Shown here: in pieces, positions 63,551 to 64,000 of the stretch
Layout of the letters: each line of letters begins with the position of its first letter
Numbering within the stretch: the stretch's first letter is position 1
Assembly (NCBI GenBank): GCA_046563655.1
Contig: CM102290.1
Span: 14,756,001 to 14,820,000, forward strand
Length of the DNA stretch: 64,000 nt
DNA from: Yuukianura sp. NJ FZ-2021
Taxonomy: Eukaryota
Reading direction: 5' to 3'
Made by a program: the position numbers and the translations under genes
The notes under the pieces: model-generated
Told to the model about the DNA's origin: nothing
What the model saw: only the letters and a program-made list of their open reading frames with translations
Databases searched by the model: none

Positions 63551-64000
63551 TCGTGCCTGCCTTTGTTGGGCGTTGAGTTGAATGGAACAGCAGCTATCTG
63601 TTGCTTTTTATAAATCGCTGATTCTCAAATGGAATCATTCCTCTCTGCTCTCTGTTACTTGTAGGCGCTTTTGAGTTTGGAATGAAATCGTGATTCCAAC
63701 TCGGTTGCTTTATTGTTAAAAAGTGAGGTGAAACTTGGGAGACGCAGGGAATTGCCAGCTCAAGTCCTGCTTCTTTCGTTTAAAGGTCAAAAGTCATTTA
63801 GCATCTCTTTTTACGTGCTGGGGAACCTCTCTCTCTCGTATACTTTTTAGAAAAAATTGCAAAAAGCTCCAGCCTTCCACTCTCCTTCGCCAATTTCCTT
63901 CAGATTTTTAACTTTTTGAAAAAAAAGCAATAGTTTTTGTACATAGTTTTGCAGCGCTAACTAAAATTTTGTTTTTGAATTTTGATTTCGAGAACCTTTT

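Noticed and set aside
62878..63576. 232-aa hydrophobic ORF resembling a membrane protein
   Set aside because: It is a stop-poor polypyrimidine tract giving L/S/F bias.

Overview
This is eukaryotic genomic DNA, AT-rich with short introns. Gene content (sidestep-type Ig domain, PAN+ZP apical matrix protein, apolipophorin-family gene) points to an arthropod. I assembled six spliced protein-coding genes by hand from splice sites and codon phase. (1) A giant large lipid transfer protein (LLTP; apolipophorin/apoLTP-like) on the minus strand, >3000 codons and running off the left edge. It appears to carry an in-frame sidestep-like Ig V-set domain between its signal peptide and the vitellogenin-N domain. 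(2) HMG-CoA synthase. (3) RBM8A/Y14. (4) An adhesion GPCR with a GPS motif. (5) A PAN/Apple-ZP transmembrane protein. (6) A plasma membrane Ca2+-ATPase whose canonical C-terminal exon is not in the window. Introns and intergenic DNA hold many non-autonomous DNA transposons (hAT with a BED-finger remnant, Tc1/mariner-type MITEs, a CAAGGT-TIR family) and minisatellites. The best leads are the Ig-LLTP fusion, an antisense exon-like frame ending in the kisspeptin motif SFGLRFGKR inside the PMCA 5' region, an aGPCR intron whose donor lies in a MITE TIR, and a Pol III-like tRNA-derived element. All calls come from reading the sequence; no database searches were run.
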